DNA of 60,651 bases, counting the filler, from Globobulimina sp. (Eukaryota): assembly GCA_003354225.1 (NCBI GenBank). It is 13 parts of 13 records of this genome, joined end to end, with 100 filler letters (N's around TTAATTAATTAA, not from the genome) between each part and the next. Parts side by side here need not be neighbours in the genome. Positions count along the whole stretch, not along the records: positions 56,084 to 60,651 come from PIVH01001111.1; 12 more parts are not named here. One strand, 5' to 3'. Below the pieces are notes generated by a model, which worked only from the letters and a program-made list of their open reading frames with translations, made no database searches and was not told the DNA's origin. Both the position numbers and the translations under genes were made by a program. The first letter of the stretch is position 1. Every line of letters begins with the position of its first letter. Shown here piece after piece: positions 59,001 to 60,651 of this stretch.

Positions 59001-60651
59001 TGTTACCATTCAAACCATTTGAGGCAATATTCACATTTGATGCAGCAATAAACATATCACTTGAAATAAATGTAAATGAGATTTGATCATCGAGGTTTGT
59101 GATATTTGTATACACATAAATACCATTATAACCATTGATATTTACGCCACCATTTGTGTTTTGTGAAAATACAGTTTCGGCATCATCAAAAATAATATAT
59201 TGTGTTGAACTTATAATATCAATCTGTCCCTCTCCAATACCATACATATCCGTTGATTGATCAAAACCGGACATAAATATTAAACCTGAATGCGAATTAA
59301 ATATCACATTTTTGCTGTATAATGATGATAATTCTGATTGCAATAAGTTTAAGCTATATGTATTATTATCCGATGGCCGAGTAACACCACCAATTGCCAT
59401 TGAATAATTTCTTGAACATCTTTCTGAAATTTCAAGCGTTGCTTGTGATGCATTTATATGTCCGCCAACATCTATTGATAGATCACCACCATAATACTTT
59501 ATATTTGGACCACCACTCGTTATTATCCTGCTTTTATTGGCTATTATCATCAATGCACCATTTCCATTTCCATTTACACCATATAAACAATCGAAATTTG
59601 TGTGCAAAAATAAATTATTTGTAGAGTCGCCATTTAATGTTAATGACGAATTGTATTTAAAAATCATATTTTGGCGTGAAATCAAATTTAAATTTACAAA
59701 ATTAAATATTGTGGATGTTGATTGGTGCAAAATTATGTTACGATTTGAAATAATGTTGATTTCGGATCCAATGTAAGATAATAGGGAAATATCATAAATA
59801 TTTATTATATCAATATCCATCAAGTTGCGCGCATCACTGCCACCAAAATATAATACTGCGCTTGATGACGAATTAATATTATTTAATTCTGCATTGGTTA
59901 TTGTAAAATTATTATTTCTATGATTTATATTGCCACCAACATTCATAATACATACTGCTACATCATCACAGATTGGATGCAACCAAATAACATCCAATTC
60001 TGTATTATTTAATGTTGTATCTATGCCACACGACGCCGCTAATGTAATAAAGGATGATTGCAAATTAATTGTACCACCATATGCTGACGAACCATACAAT
60101 TGAATGCCAGTGGATGGCGACTGACATTCTAAACTATTGCCACTATAAAATAAAAATTCTCCATGTAATAAAGGTGAACGCTGTAATAAAATTGGTATTG
60201 CAAATGTTATATTTGAGCTCAAATCAGAGGCCATAATGCCAGCCGGCAATGAATGGATTATGATGGAATTATTATTGCCATTATCATCAAATATTATATT
60301 GCCATCAATGCCATCGTTCCTAATATACACGGAGGGCGATGTAAACACCATGTCATTGTCCAAAAAATGGAAAGCCAACGTCCCATTTAAATTTGTGATG
60401 TTCTTATCGATGTAAATACCATTCCGAGCAATAATTTGCACGCCATCGTTATTGCCGGATAAGTGCACCGCATTTTCGTTAAACTCAATGAATTGATTGC
60501 TTCCATTTGCTGTTGCTGCACGGATTTGGACATAACCATTTTGAATACCATCCATATGCTGCGATTGCACAAAGCCAGAGATGTGAATAGAGCCATTGTT
60601 GGAATTGAATATTAAATTCTTGCCATATAAGGTGGATAACTCCGATTGCAC
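56084..60651 (-). CDS. Internal part of a giant secreted-type repeat protein (~435-444-aa units, beta-helix/adhesin-like)
   Basis: Intronless ORF over the whole contig. The xxELSxL motif recurs at about 60648, 59340, 58035 and 56703. Each full unit carries IWLHP.C, TxxDC, YYGGDL and E.CS. Rich in N/S/I/G with many NxS/T sequons. Confidence 0.88.

Noticed and set aside
1-60651. tRNA, rRNA or snRNA genes
   Set aside because: None recognised by eye. A tRNAscan-SE/Infernal run would be needed to exclude them.

Overview
This window is not one locus. It is 13 unrelated contigs of 4579 down to 4568 bp, sorted by length and joined by twelve identical 100-nt artificial spacers (44 N + TTAATTAATTAA + 44 N). 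The DNA is AT-rich, gene-dense eukaryotic nuclear sequence with mostly 47-103 nt spliceosomal introns. The gene content (7TM-RGS, caspase-type protease, ciliary and meiotic genes, decayed gene copies) suggests a protist, most plausibly a foraminiferan/rhizarian; that assignment is inference. Recognisable genes include PRP6, pyridoxal kinase, ZIP4/TEX11, mitochondrial-type IF2, a myosin head, an ABCA transporter, an RPGRIP1L-like protein and a Leu/Phe-tRNA-protein transferase homologue. The most interesting object is contig 8 (32730-37301), a tyrosine-recombinase (DIRS/Ngaro-type) retrotransposon with intact-looking ORFs. Its RT appears to carry a SAM-like insertion just before YIDD, a third ORF lies downstream of the recombinase, and there are short structured GC-richer islands between the ORFs. 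Other highlights are a shifted-register 5' splice-site usage (GTT.AG), a giant ~440-aa-repeat secreted beta-helix-like protein, a ~46-aa GPR repeat protein I do not recognise, a caspase-type protease with altered S1 residues, a highly self-complementary intron, and an FBT-IFT56 chimeric pseudogene.
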